DNA of 64,000 nucleotides. Source: Psammoneis japonica. Its lineage: Eukaryota. Positions 1-13,808 of this stretch are shown piece by piece (position 1 is the stretch's first letter; the number at the start of each line of letters is the position of its first letter). The DNA is taken from positions 62,001-126,000 of the forward strand of contig QPGO01000153.1 in the NCBI GenBank assembly GCA_008632985.1, written 5' to 3'. The translations under genes and the position numbers were made by a program. The notes beneath the pieces are model-generated. The model was not told where the DNA came from, searched no databases, and saw only the letters and a program-made list of their open reading frames with translations.

Positions 1-788
1 CCGTTTTTTCCTGGCGGATCAGACCCCCCGTACTTGCTACCAGAAGACGGATTCAAGCTACCGCTACGACCAAAACGTGGTTCTGGGCTGTCAAAATTAA
101 TTACACCACTGGCCATGGTCTTTTTCTTTGACGTCAAGAGAAGAACAATTCATCAAGCGGCAAACAAACAAGCTACAGTACAACTGAATCAGCATGCATG
201 TTGTCGTTTTCTTCTTTCCGGCGACTTGATTTCGTGACGGTGCGCAAGGGCATAATTAATCTACAGAATGACCTTTGTACAAAATGACCCATGAATGACT
301 TTTGACTTGTGACATACCGTCCGTACGAGGTACAGACACTCGCTTCGATCCGCAATCGAATCTTCCAATCTCTCACATCTTCAATCTCACAAAAAATCTT
401 CTTGATTGATGGATGCAATGGCAGATGGCGGATGCGGCAGAACAACTTCGAACTTAGTCTTCGTTATGAACGTCGCACAACGTTCCAAACTGTTGTTTTC
501 TGTCCACCATAGACGCAGAGAAGTCCATGCAAGTTTCTCACGTTGCCAAGGCAACAATCCATGCCTTTTCTGCCGACGAGTTCCTTCGAAATCTAACGAA
601 TTCCAAATGGCTGCATACCCGTTTATTTTTACCGATGAGAGTTCTGTCGTAATCTTATGAACTCCATGGTATTATAACGATAGAAATCCTTAGAAGTCCA
701 AGTTGTGTCGAGTTTCGGATCCTTGGGGCACTCAAAATAGCTCACAAAATAAAAAAAACGAGCAAAGCAAAACAAAATCAACCCCACC

Positions 789-1968
789 ATGCCTCTTACT
801 CTCACCATTAGTGAAGATGCGCCTCTTCCTCACGACAGTATCGAAGAAGCCGTCAAGCTCCTCTCGGAATCTTTTTTGAAGCATCACGGCCTAACCAGCA
901 ACACCGTCATGACTCCCAATGTGACTGCCAATGTGGTGATTTCAGATTGTACCAAGGGGCCTATCCTTTTCAGGTGGCAACAAGTTTGCCGGAGTCTGGA
1001 TCGAATGGAAAGTCCCTTCTTTTGCGTTTGCGACACGTGAGATTCAAAAAGGATACGGACAAGATGCTGTCGAGATTATTCAAAAGCTTACCAAGGGGAA
1101 ACAGCCGAAGGATAACATCTACTTCAATGTTGTCCATACCGTCAATGGCGCTTGGAACTTGGACGGTAAGGCCATGACCAATGAAGAGCTTGCTGCATCC
1201 ATTGCTACTGGCGCTCCTGACAAGAATGAAGAAACCGGCAAGCATTTTCTTCTCATTCATGGAGCCTGGGGTGGGGCTCGGGAATTCGATGAAACCATTC
1301 AAGGACTAGAGCGCCGTGGGCATCAAGCCACCGCCATTGACCTTCCTGGACACGGGGACTTTAAGGCACTTATTTCTCAAGTAACTATGGAAGCTTACGT
1401 CAAACGGGTTGTTGAGGCAGCCAATGCTGTTGAGGGAGGATCATTTTAGTTGGTCATTCGCTGGGGGTTCCATCATTTCGCAAGTCGCAGAGAAGATGCC
1501 TGAAAAGATTGAGCGCCTTGTCTATGCTGCAGCGATTCTCCCAAAGAACGGTGAGACTGCCTTGGGACTGATGCAATCTGATCCCGATGGCCAGTTGCTT
1601 CCCCGCCTTGTCTTTTCAGAGGATGATCCTTCGTCACCGTTTCTCCCAAGGTGGTACAAGAAGTTCTTCTTCACGACGTAAAGGAGCCTGAAAGGCTCGC
1701 GCAGTTCTTGCCCCACTTTGGTGTGAAACAGGCTACAGAGCCGTTTACGTTTGTCGCCGACTTGAGCAATGAAGTGTTTGGCTCTGTACCCAAAACATAC
1801 CTTCGTGCATCAATCGACAAGGTTCTTTCTCCCGCACTCCAGAAGCAAATGATTTCGTCGTGGGACGTGGATCAAGTCTTGACGTTGGAGTCTGGTCACT
1901 TTCCATTAATGTCCATCCCGGAGAACTTGGTGGATGCTCTTGACCAAGCCTCCAAGTTTGACGAATAA
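789..1968 (+). pseudogene. Frameshifted fusion gene: tautomerase-like N-terminal domain plus alpha/beta hydrolase (methylesterase-like)
   Basis: Joining frames gives MPLTLTISE..FLKHHGLTSNTVMTPNVTA..WIEWKVPSFAFATRE..NVVHTVNGAWNLDG, then FLLIHGAWGG, AIDLPGHG, GHSLG (ggtcattcgctgggg ~1452) and LESGHFPLMS. About 4 frameshifts (~940, ~1440, ~1465, ~1628); no evident introns. Confidence 0.7.
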
Positions 1969-2373
1969 CCACATCCCTGTCACCCGTTTCTCGTTGTATA
2001 TGCCAAATACCCGTAGAAATTATTAGTAGTCACCGTGATATATACTCGACTCGAGTGATCTAGCAAAGAGAAATAGGTCTAGATTAATGCAGCTGCATCT
2101 TTGCACAATCCTGATTAATGCGGCACTAGTGCCCATTCTCTAGAGACGCATCTGTGACACTGCTAGCCGTCGAAGCCGGTTCAATGATTGTCGGAAGACT
2201 TTCGGGCTGAGACACATCTACTCGCTCCCTGTTATCCCTCGTGCTAGGTATTCGTTTAGAAAAGACCAATACAGTTGACCAGGCTCCCTTGTCACCCATG
2301 GCATCGACATCTGCCAATGCCGAATTGAATGCTTCCGACAAGATTGGTTCTTGATGATGAAACCCGTGATTGG

Positions 2374-3558
2374 TCAGCCACGCGATTGCTCCATGAAAAC
2401 TGGGATCGGGAGGATCTCGTAACTGCGTTCCTGCCCAATACGCAGGGCACTATCCGAAGATGGCACAACAAGTTTCACGACATTGGAAGCTAGCAGTTCG
2501 TCGGCTGGCCGAAGCAAGGCGACAAACTCGCGAGGCACAATGCCGATTGAGCCCTCGTCGTTGTTGTCGTCACTGAGTATTCGGGACTGCACACTCTCTC
2601 GACGACCAGCCAAGTCAACAGTGTCTTGTTTCACAAATAAAACATGAGAAAGGACTCGTCCCAAGCCAGGAACATCCTCTATATTCTTTTCGTTCCGCCA
2701 ACTCTGTTGCAGTGAAGCAGGTGCAAGAGCAAATCCTTCCTTACCCAGTCGATTCAAGACATTGATTGTATCACCCATTCTCAAAAGTTCGGGACTCACA
2801 TTTCCATAAACACAGGCACGAAACGGAAGTCGTAGAGACATTCGTGGTGAAGCAGCCGTTCGTTTCTTGTGAAGATAAACAGAAGCATACTCGAGACGAG
2901 CAGAAGAGGCAGCCATCAACTCTTGTTGTTTGAATAGTGAACCGCCGTACGTTTTAACCGCGTTCAACAGACTTCCATATTCGTCGTTAAACTTGACTAT
3001 GGATTTTTCATCATTACCCGCCCAACATAACTTTGTTTTGACAGCGTCTATCAGTGTCTCGATTCCAAGAAACTCGGCCAATTCCAGAACCTCACTCGAT
3101 AGTTTGGATTGTTCCACATGACCTCTCGTCATAAATTCTAACAATACCGAAAAAGCAACTGGATCTTGATTGAGAAATGGATTACATTTCAACTCCCAGC
3201 TGTCACTGAACTTTTCTCGGAAAAAACTCGATGACTCGACGAGTAACTTTTTCGACGTTTCCACGTGCGTTCCTCGGAGATTCAGCACAATTCGATCCAT
3301 GGTCCTTACAAAGCTAACAAAGCCCTCCACTTGATAATGAATGGCCTGTTTCAATACCTCATCCGTCACTCGAGAAGATTCGATACTTCCATTGCGCATA
3401 AAGCTGAGGAGAATGGCAAAGGCATCTGGATCGGAATCGAGAAACAGCGTGTCTTGCTTTTCACCCACATCGAATGCATTTGTCCATGCCGATAAAGTCT
3501 TTTTACTAGTGACAAACTTGGAACCGCCGACATCCAACACTATGCGATCATTTGGCAT
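2374..3558 (-). CDS. Tandem BTB/POZ (KCTD-type) domain protein
   Basis: Two BTB motifs: RIVLDVGGSKFVTSKKTL..FLDSDPDAFAILLSFMRNG and RIVLNLRGTHVETSK..FLNQDPVAFSVLLEFMTRG. The 3' end may continue via an intron toward ~2126. Confidence 0.85.
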   Translation of the reverse strand: MPNDRIVLDVGGSKFVTSKKTLSAWTNAFDVGEKQDTLFLDSDPDAFAILLSFMRNGSIESSRVTDEVLKQAIHYQVEGFVSFVRTMDRIVLNLRGTHVETSKKLLVESSSFFREKFSDSWELKCNPFLNQDPVAFSVLLEFMTRGHVEQSKLSSEVLELAEFLGIETLIDAVKTKLCWAGNDEKSIVKFNDEYGSLLNAVKTYGGSLFKQQELMAASSARLEYASVYLHKKRTAASPRMSLRLPFRACVYGNVSPELLRMGDTINVLNRLGKEGFALAPASLQQSWRNEKNIEDVPGLGRVLSHVLFVKQDTVDLAGRRESVQSRILSDDNNDEGSIGIVPREFVALLRPADELLASNVVKLVVPSSDSALRIGQERSYEILPIPVFMEQSRG

Positions 3559-3903
3559 TGTTTATGTGTAAAAAAGAGAGATAAATGGTAGAGTAAGAAG
3601 CATGCACTTTAAGATAGGCATCATGTTATTGTGCGATGCACGACGGCTATTTTCGCGCGTGTGGGCCGCGCGTCATGCGTGCTGCGGCGGCGTCAGGCGT
3701 CACCAGTGTGCTCTGTGCTCTTCCTTTGCCGCGAGACAACTGAACTAACTAAACTTACCGGTACATGCGTCTCTATTGAAGTCAAACAGTAGTCTCGCAA
3801 GTCGATACGCTAGAGTTATGCGACAGACTAAGTTTTCTTTCTCGGCGTCTTTCTTCCAGCAACATAAACCCACCCACACTCTAGTGTCAGGTGATTGGCC
3901 GCA

Positions 3904-4506
3904 TCAAAGGGGAGCTGGCTTGTATGTAGAAGAAAACGCCGTTGATTCGATACGATACACTTCATTCATGGCAGGATGGGGAGTTGCAAGATAATCATTT
4001 GGTTTGATCTTCATTTCACTCCCCCACGACGCAAAAACACGCCACTTGGAAATTCTTCATCCACCTCTTGTTGCGTGACCCGAAGCGCCAAGACTCTCCC
4101 TTGGGCCGATACAAGTCATACCCTTGTTTTCGCAACGTTAAATCTGACGATGGGATGGGATTGTCTGCAAAGTATCGTTCTTGAAACGTTTCTCTACTCA
4201 GTACATATCGTTCTCCTTGTGTCCCATGTAAAATGTAATCACCAGGCTCAAATGTATTGACGGTTTCCGTTTCTCCTCGAATTACAGTTGCAATGGTCCT
4301 TGACACTCTGCCCGATGAGCGTGCATTGTTTGAAACTTGACGTATAATTTTCCATGACTCTTGATACGCGGTATCCAGTTTTCCATCAAGTCAGACTGAG
4401 TGGGAACGATGGGATGATGCTGGTGTTGGTCGCTGTTGAAGCTCGTCATGTTGTGTGCATTCCACGCGAATAATGTTTTTCCCAAGTCCAGAACCATCAA
4501 GGGCAT
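3904..4506 (-). pseudogene. Frameshifted gene with two PGDYG-like repeats
   Basis: EPGDYILHGTQGERYVLSRETFQERY and, in another frame, KPNDYLATPHPAMNEVYRIESTAFSSTYKP; frame changes near 4306 and 4090. Confidence 0.5.
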
Positions 4507-5120
4507 CTATTGATCAAATATTATAAGAAGAAGCCCAAGGAGTCAATGAACTGCGCATATCGGATATCGACTGACCCATTCTTGCATCATGAAGAAAAGT
4601 TCAGGTCGCGCGGATCGCGACACTGCGCCACAAAATTCCAAATTTGTGTAGGCGCCCGTACGGTTTGTACGGAAAGAAAAATCACACTCAAAAGTGATCG
4701 CGTTTTCGTCGCCCGCAAATTCTATCTGCGACCACCGGCCGTGCGTACGTGGCTAAAAATTGTATTGAAATTTATTAGATTCTATATAAAATAATTATAC
4801 CAACGGAGAATCGTCTTTCCGTAACTTCGTTAATTGTTTGTTTATGTCTCTTCTACGTGGTCCTCTGTAGAAATCGAATGTAGATATCTGTTATCGTCTA
4901 TTCTTTTTCTAATAATTTAGCTTCATGAATAACCTCAAATCCAAGACACGCCGAGCGAATGGTTGCCGGACGATCTCTCCAGCTCCTCGTAGAAACATAC
5001 CATAGCGCTACGACGAGCAGCACATGCCCGCCTCTTTTTGGGTGCTGGTTGCACTCTCTCAAATCTTCCCTCCACAACTCTCATTTTTATTCTCGTTTTT
5101 GATCCCAACAAACAACGAAC

Positions 5121-8100
5121 ATGTCATCCGATCCACCACTAGTACCCAACAAGAAAGAGTCATCGTCTTCTCTGGAACGTGCTCAAACCCAGTACGAACG
5201 CAAGTTGGCTATTCAACAGGAATTAGCCAAGATGGATCACTACGCGTCCGGTGTGGAAGATTTCCTGGCCGAGGGATATCGTTCCACCTCGGGTCTCTTT
5301 GCTCCCATTGACAATATTAGTCATTCCTCCCGCAGCAGTTGTTCCTCTCAAAACAGTCATGCATCCATTCCACCGGGATTTCATTCTCCGCCCGAAGGAG
5401 CCGTGGAGGTGAGAAAAAGAAACAAATAGGAGTGTATGCTGTGTTACATAAAAATTTATGATATGCCTGCGATTCTTACAACTGCATGCTACTACTACTC
5501 TCTCAATTTACACACACAGACGGCACGCAAGTTTCTTTGGGACGAAGATGACGATGACATTAGTCTTCCTCCGATTCGTGACTTTGATGGTCGTCAGCAC
5601 AATGTGCCTACGACTCCCCAAGAAGGCTCTGCTACGGAAGAAACACCCCCGACGCCTCAAGCAAGCAATAGCTACAAAAAGGACCCCACCAGTGGCGGAT
5701 TGGTGTGGGGCGTTCTGAACCGCTTTTCCAAGAAACGTTATTCTCCTCTCGATCAACAGGAGAATTTGCGTAATACCGAAATGGTACACGCCGATGCTGC
5801 CTCGACGATTAGCTCGAATGAAGACATTGACAATCAGGGTGGAGCCATTGTTACGATTGATTTGGGTGGACCGGCGGATACCGGAAATCGTCAGCAGCAA
5901 TACTATCATGCTGCGGAAAGCAAGGCATCTTGGTGCTGCAAGACATGCTTTGCGCGCGTCCGTTATGGATGCTGTCGTATGCTCGGTTGTTGCACGTGCT
6001 GCTGCCGTGGCATGTCGTGCTGCCGTCGCAAGGTACTGCTGTTGCTGGTGGTCTTGTTGGGAATCCCGCTCATTGCGTTGAGTGTCATGGCTCTCTTGAA
6101 GAATCATGGTGGCTCTGATGATATGTCTCACAATGACTTGAACAATCAGACCAATACTACGACGACGTTGGTTCCTACGATTCTTCCAGAGTCCACCTTG
6201 TCTCCAACCATGATTGCGCCCAACACGACCGCAGAGCCAACGCTTTCGGTTGCCGTTCCGACTCTGACTCCTTCAACGAATCTCAATACCACGGTGGTTC
6301 CCAATGCTACAGCAGTTCCTACCGCTACGCAGAGCCCCACAAACATGGAGAACCAGACACAAGTCGTCGACGACTCGCCGTCCCCAAGTCCAACCACGGT
6401 GGTAGTAAATGAAACTACACCCACCTTGACTCCTACCACGGCAACTACTCCATCTCCGAGTGTCGTTTCGAGTGTCGTAGTCACGCCAGAAAATGGCACG
6501 GCTCCCTTTGATCTCGAGCGCTATGAAGCCCTCAAGTCTTTGATTGTCAAGTCGGGCATCACGACGGCACAACAAATGGAACTCTTGGGGACGGCTCAAA
6601 ACAAGGCGCTGCTGTGGCTTGTCGATTACGATGCTGCCAAAGTGGATCCCAACAACCAAGACGTAAGTCTCCAACGATATGCCTTGGCGACGCTCTTTTT
6701 TTCCACCACGTACAAGTCGGGACCCATTCCACACTACGATACCGTCCAACAAGCCATGAATGCTGCCTTGACGAATCCTAAACCACACAATTGGAAACGT
6801 GGTGGTGATACGTGGATGACGTCGAGTCACATTTGTGAGTGGGAAGGAGTTGTATGTGGCGCTGTTTCAAACAAAAACAACAACAATGAAACGGAGGACG
6901 ACACGCTGCGTCAAAAGTCGTTACAGAACGAGCAAGCCGTGATTCATTTCAATCTCACCGCCAATGGTTTGGAAGGCGAGTTACCGTCCGAGATTGCAGC
7001 CTTGACGGAATTGAAAACGTTGAATCTGAGCAACAACTCTCTTTCGGGACCCATTCCCGCGTCGATTGGTGAAATGAGCAAACTGGGTGAGTGTAGTACA
7101 TGGCAAGGAAAAAATTTGGTGTATTCTGCAAAAACCCACCTCTCAACTTTGTTTTGTTTTCTTAAGCGGTTTTGTTCTTGTCACACAATCAACTGGCGGA
7201 TCATATTCCGTCCGAGCTTGGTCGTGCTACAGGTCTGATGCGTCTCTCGTTGGAAAACAATAGGCTTGTGGGATCCATCCCACCGGAATTATCGAAACTA
7301 AAGGAATTGCGTAAGTTGAGGAGTCTCTATGTGAATATACTTTTGCACAAGATGGAGCTCACCAGGATGGTCGTGTGGTCATAGATGTGTTGCGGTTGCA
7401 AGAGAACCAATTGACTGGGATTCTACCCGACCTGACGGGTCTGGACGAGCTGCGTACGTATCAAAAAAGAAAACACTGTCCCATGTCAGTACTGCAATCA
7501 CCTTACTGTTATCGTCGTCGCGCTGGTCCTTTACAGATACGCTTCTCTTGAATAACAATGCCATTGGTGGAACGGTTTCCAAAGCGTACGGATCTCTTTT
7601 GGCTTTGAGTAAGTCTTGCGCGTTCTCATCGAAACTCCCATAGTTTCATATCACTCACTTTCTTTTTTAAAATGCCGTATCCATTTCATCTGTAGAAACG
7701 CTTGACATTAGTAGCAACGTGGTAAGTCAAATTCGTGCGTGCGCAACCTGCTGGGCCTTTTTTTTCAATGCTTCTCACGGTATAATGTGCTTCTCGTTTT
7801 GTTTCAGGTTCACGGAACACTTCCATTTGAGCTTTCCATGCTCACCAATCTCGGTACGTTCACTTTTTGAAAGGTGTTTGCTTCCAAAAAAGGCGACAAG
7901 GGCTCACTTGTATTGTTGTTCCCTTTTTGCAATTGATAATTATGCGTCAGAATTCCTAGCCATGGGCCACAACAAGTTTTACGGAACGGTCCCCGACATG
8001 TTTCAAAAGATGCGGGCCTTGAGGGAGCTCCAACTTGGAAAGAACAACTTTGTTGGATCTTTGCCCAAGACGCTTGGAGAGCTGTTGCTGATTCGTAAGT

Positions 8101-8867
8101 ACGCAATAGCTACTCGAGCTTGTCTTTCAGTATTTTGGCATTCACACCTTGTGCTACACTCCTTCACACTTGTATTAGGAAACCTTTCATTTGAGGACAA
8201 TGAATTTTCCGGGACCATTCCAATCATGTACGGAAACTTGAAGACTTTGGGTAAGTGCCGTTATCATTTCGGGTTTCATCTGCCGATTTATCTGGTCGAC
8301 TCATACTACTTGTCGAGCTCTTGTAGAATCTCTCTATTTGTTCAACAACAAACTGACCGGTTTCATCCCGAGTGTGATGGACGGTTGGGAAGTGTCCATG
8401 AGTAGGTGCTATTTGAGGCAGGCTTGATAAGGGACATGTGATATTTGCTAACTGACAAAACCAATGCCGTTTCTCTTTGTTGCAGCTGATTTTCGAGCGC
8501 ATCACAACAAATTGGTGGGAACGATTCCGCCCGCATTCGGTTCTGCTACGAAAATTGGTGCGTTCGGGTGTGTATTGTTGTTCTCGTGTGTTGGTGAAAC
8601 CAGAGAGCTAACAAAACTTTATTTTGCTGTCTTTCAGAGATTCTTCAGTTGGAAGATAACAACTTGGGCGGTACAGTTCCAACCTCTATAGGGCAGTTAA
8701 GCCAATTGCAGTCATTTCGAATCTACAACAACAACTTGACCGGCGTTGTGCCGAAAGAGGTGTGCAGTCTTATCAAGAATGATAAGCTCGAGTTCCTTGC
8801 AGCGGATTGCGCAAGAAAAGGGGGAACCATTCAGTGCGATTGTTGTCAGGAGTGTCATCCAATTTAA
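5121..8867 (+). CDS. LRR receptor-like membrane protein 1 (multi-exon; Cys-rich juxtamembrane region, TM, Thr/Pro-rich stalk, cap, LRRs, C-terminal CxCCxxC)
   Basis: TM VLLLLVVLLGIPLIALSVMALL; cap AQNKALLWL..QRYALATLFFST..CEWEGVVC; LxxNxLxGxIP LRRs across many short GT-AG exons; ends CDCCQECHPI*. Confidence 0.9.
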
Positions 8868-9420
8868 AAAAAAAACTGGGGGTAGATTGGACAGGTAGCA
8901 ATCTTGGGGAAGGGGGGAACGAACTACATAGTAAATGGGGGTTTTGGGATTTGGGACATCGTGTTGTGAATGCGAGATCAAGTCTAGAGAGCGCTTCAAT
9001 CACATCATGACCTTACGCCACAATACTGATGTCACGATACGAGTGTATAGTACTTTTAGAAGAATCTGTTAAAACTTTCCTCATACACATCGTCGCAACT
9101 GCCGCCGACTTGAAATTTCGGAATGGGCAAAGTCTTGAGTCTTCTTCAAAAAGTGTTTGTGGGCACCCAACGGCGGAACGACAATTTTTTTGAGGATACC
9201 TAATTACATGACATTTATAATATCATTGTAAATGATTTTATTAACACTCTAGAAAGTCGATTGTACAACGTTTCTCGTACACCCATTTTTGTATCACTTT
9301 TTCTGTGTTTTCCAAGACAGCTCAACCGATCGTCACATTTTTTATTTTCGGCTCTCACTTTTTTCCCCTATCCGAAGAGTAGTTTACTACATTGGCAAAA
9401 CCTCAATACGGTAGGTGACC

Positions 9421-11795
9421 ATGGAAACGACGGATACCTCGTTCCCAGTGTTGTCACTGAATACTTTTGACAATGCAAAGTATCAGGAAGAGCGGAAGCA
9501 GGCTCGAAAGCTACAGCTGGAGCAAATGGAAAAGGCCTTTGCGGCTGCTACAAACCACGATGAAGTCGTGCTTAAAGACGAATCTCCAAGTCATTCACTT
9601 CCTACCTCACCTATTACGTATGGCAAAAAGTCGATCCCAGGCAATGGCTCTATCAAGAGGGCTCGTGACTTAATGAAAAACCTCCGAAGCGGATTGTCGA
9701 TGAGGTCGGAAGGCGAAAATCTAGCTCCTCGCCACATGCCAGACGAGTCAGAGGAGCATATTCCCAATTCAGACATCGACATTGATATGCACGGTCATAC
9801 TGAGCCTACGAAAGAGAGACGACTCGCAAGCAGGATCAAGGATTGTTGCGCGGGTTTCTTCTACACCTTCGTTGGGCTTTCTGTGTTGGTGTGTGAAATA
9901 CTAGTGGCGTTTTGGGGGGCTCGCTCTCGTCGACAGAAAATTGCTCTACTGGCCTTAATTGTAGGCCTTCCTCTTCTCATCATGACTATCGTATTGGCCA
10001 CTAAAGACAAAGGTGGAAATGAAGAAATCCATGACGGTGGAAACGTCATCGTACCACCAACGGGCTCAAAGCCGATTGACATTGAGAGGTATGAAACCAT
10101 TCGCGGCACCATCATTGAGACTGGACTTACCGCAGAGGACTTTGTTGATACGGAGGGAACAGCGCAGAATTTGGCTCTTCGTTGGATTACAGACTACGAC
10201 AAGGCCAAGCTCGACACAGACCACGACGCACTATTGCAACGCTATGCGTTGGCTACCTTTTTTTTCAGCACATTTGTCACGACCAATACGACGCACACAA
10301 TCTCTACAGCTAACACGGAGGATGAATGGCTGAATTCTGATAACTGGATGTCCGACAAGGGTATTTGTATGTGGTTCGGTGTAGCGTGCCCTACTATACG
10401 CCACGAGGGCGTCGAGGAAGATGTCTACAACGACAACTCTGCTGTTCTTCGCCTAAATCTAACGGCAAACAACGTACAAGGCTCAATTCCTTCGGAAGTC
10501 GTAGCGCTCGAAAATCTCCAATTGCTTGAGTTGGGGGAGAACAACTTGCAAGGAACAGTTCCAGAGTCGCTTGGATATTTACCAGACCTAGGTATGTATA
10601 TTCGCTGACCTTGCAATTCCTCTCAACCTAGTTTCTTCATGTGGTGGACTCATTGTGTTATTTTCTTGTCTCAGTCCATCTCTATGCCATGGATAATCAG
10701 CTTACTGGAACTCTACCAACATCTTTAGGAGAGCTAAACGAGCTCGAAAACATGCACTTTGGAAACAACAAGCTCCAAGGAACGGTCCCGGAGGAGTTCT
10801 CAAATCTTCGGAAACTTGGTAAGACCAAAATAACTTTGAAGTAACATTACACTGTTTAGTTTAAATTTCGCAGCAACCCTCACTCTTTTTGTTTGGTAAT
10901 CACAATATGAAACAGAATCTCTTGGGTTGGATCAGAACTCCTTTTCCGGACCTATTCCGAATTTTTCGAGGCTCCAAAGCTTGAGTAAGTCTAAAGGATC
11001 CAACCTATTTTTCTCTTCCTTCTAGGGTTGGCTTAATCTAACTATGGTTTGCTTGCTTCAAAAACAGGGATTTTGTATTTAGACAAGAACGAGTTTACTG
11101 GTTCGATTCCTGAATACGTCGGCGCGTTGGCCTCCTTGGAAGACCTTCGTCTTGGAAGCAATTTTCTGACGGGAACAATTCCCAGTGAAATTTTCAATCT
11201 TTACCGCCTGGAGCTCTTATATTTGGACCAGAACAAACTCACTGGAACAATCCCTGATTTGTTTGCAATGACCCCACGCTTGGAAGAGATTCAGATTTAC
11301 AAGAACGAGCTCAGTGGTCCTCTACCGCCATCGATTGGTGAGCTGAACGTTCTTCGTCTCTTGTATCTGGACAGCAATGACTTAACTGGGTCAATTCCTA
11401 CCAGCTACGGTCAGTTGGACGATGTTACTACATTCTACGTATACAGCAATGAACTGACAGGCTCAATTCCTACTGAAGTTGGCAGGATGCAGGATCTCAA
11501 GGATCTTCGTATCTACCAGAATAAATTGACTGGAGAGTTACCTTCAGAGATTGGCTCAGCATTCAATCTTGAAGTTCTCTACATTCAAGATAATGAGCTG
11601 GTTGGAACGATACCCGATGAAATTGGCGAGCTTGATCACCTTCGTACCTTCCGCAGTTACAGGAACTTGTTTGCTGGCACAATGCCGCAATCAGTGTGCA
11701 AACTGACAACGAAGTATCATCTCATCTTTTTGGCTGCAGACTGTGACGAGGATTCCGGGACCGTTATGTGTGAGTGTTGCCATGAGTGCTTCTAG
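9421..11795 (+). CDS. LRR receptor-like membrane protein 2 (4 exons)
   Basis: ATG 9421; TM IALLALIVGLPLLIMTIVL; QRYALATFFFST; introns ~10592-10674, ~10819-10915, ~10986-11067; ends CECCHECF*. Confidence 0.9.
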
Positions 11796-11849
11796 GGGTA
11801 CCATAGCCTCTACTCTAGAGAGGGTAATAAACTAGGTACATGTTGCATG

Positions 11850-13808
11850 TTGAAGCCTTCACAGGTTCTTTCTTTCAGTTTGAACTTGTGCAATGATAAG
11901 CCCATGTCAGAACAACAGTTTGTGGCCACTTCAGCTTTTCGGGAGCTGTGGCAGCGGTAGATGGAACTGTTCTTTTTAACATGGCAACACAAAACAGCAG
12001 TGGCCAAAGGGGGGGGGGGGATCACAAATGTCTTTGGGAAAGAACAGGCAAAAGTCAAAAGCAGGGTCTCTTCCTTGTCTTCGCTCACAATGTAACTCCA
12101 CTCATTTCATTTGGTGAGACTCTTTGGCAATTCCACAAGATGCTCCTGTTGCCAACATTTTGAACAAGGCAATGTCAGCACCACATCAAGAAGCCCACTG
12201 GCTGAGCCTCAAACCTTTGTTGGTTTCTGCCATTCCAGTTGACAAAAGAGACACCCAAGTGCTGAGGTGTCCCACCCGTCGGCCAATTTTCAGCTGACAA
12301 TGTGGGAGGTGGAGCACAATTTTTGACATTTGAGGGTTGTGCTCAGATGCATCTGGTGCATGTCCAATGACAGAGAGCTGGCAACAAAAGCAGCCTTGGA
12401 ACAGATTTGCCAAGCAACCATTTGGTGCCTTGCCTTCACCCGGCCTTGTGACATTTTGTTGGCACTCCACTGCATTTGCTTGCACCACAGCACATGCACC
12501 TGTCAGCACTGTGCTCTGGCAACACATCAGCTGGCAGTCCTGCAGCAACTGGGGCTGGGGTTGTTGATGTTTTTGATGGCGGAAATGGCCCGCTTGGCTC
12601 AAAAGCTCATCTTCTCAGCACTGCACAAAAAGCATTGAGAGTGTTGGTTTTTGTGCAGAAATGTTCACAGCCCTTTGCATGTCAGAGGCCCTGCTGCACA
12701 AACAAATGTGCTGGGTGGTTTGCCCTGGGAGAGGAGGTGCCACACGAAAAGGCACTGTGAGGAGCCATGACGAAAATGGACAAACAGACTTCATGTGTTT
12801 TTGTTGCTGTGATGATGTACAGAGATGACAAAACAAGAGTGACAAAAAATTGGGCATGGTGCGGGGCTCTGTCACAAGTCATTCTGCTTGTGGGCAAAAA
12901 ACTGCACTTTCTTTGAGTCGCCAGAGCTCAAGTGCCCAGAGCTTTTGAAGTGTGTGCACAAGATGACACACACACTCCACTTCAAGAAAGGGGGGCTCAT
13001 GTGAGTGCTCCCTTCAGCAGCTCAAGCCCAAGAAATGCAAAGCTCATGCCAGGACCCAGAGCAAGTTTCAGTGCTTTTTGAAGGCAAGCCCGTCCCTTCT
13101 CCTGGACCCCCAGCACAATCTGCGCATGCAGAGCACACCCAAAAACAGCTTGTCCCAAGTGATGACAAAGAATTGCTGTCACACAAATTGTGCAGCTGAC
13201 TGGGATTGCCTGCCAAAAAATTTTACACTCCACCACTCTTCTTCAGCCAGTGGTTGGTTGGCTTGCACCCCTTTGAGAAGTGGTCTGCAAAAGGTGCTTC
13301 AAATGAGCCCAATTCTTTCTTCCCTTTAAAAAAGTCAGCTCCTTGACATCATCATTGTTTGGGTGCTGGTCTTGCCAGGCTTTCATCTTTTGTTGCATGT
13401 CACCAATGTGCACCTCGTCGCAATCAATGCATTTGACTGTGCACGACACACATCTTCCTGTCGATTCTCTCCACTGCCAGCAGAGCACACTCGAGAACAG
13501 AAGCCGCACTGCAGTGTGCGTGCGACAAAAGTGGCAGAGGACATGCCAATGTTGTGGTCACAAGGGATGCATTTTGGTCACAAGCCCTTCTACCTTTTCG
13601 TGACGTTGTTTTCACACTGCAATGCATGCACTGCAGCAGTCACATCATGCCGTGTGATGTCTTTTCCGATTTGACCACGTCTGTCTGGAGCAGTGCATCT
13701 CTCACGATGTGACCCCTTTGTCGGTCATTTTTCCCAAGTCTTTGCAACAAGCAACAAACCAAAAAATTGCCACGGAAGTCGGAAGTTTTAGTTTTTTCGT
13801 GCACTCAT
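11850..13808. repeat. TpA- and CpG-depleted degenerate sequence (probable element relic) with a GIY-YIG-like remnant on the - strand
   Basis: Almost no TA. CVSCTVKCIDCDEVHIGD (ORF 13243-13509 -) resembles a VYxxxCxxCxxxYIG motif if C/H are reverted to Y. Confidence 0.5.
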
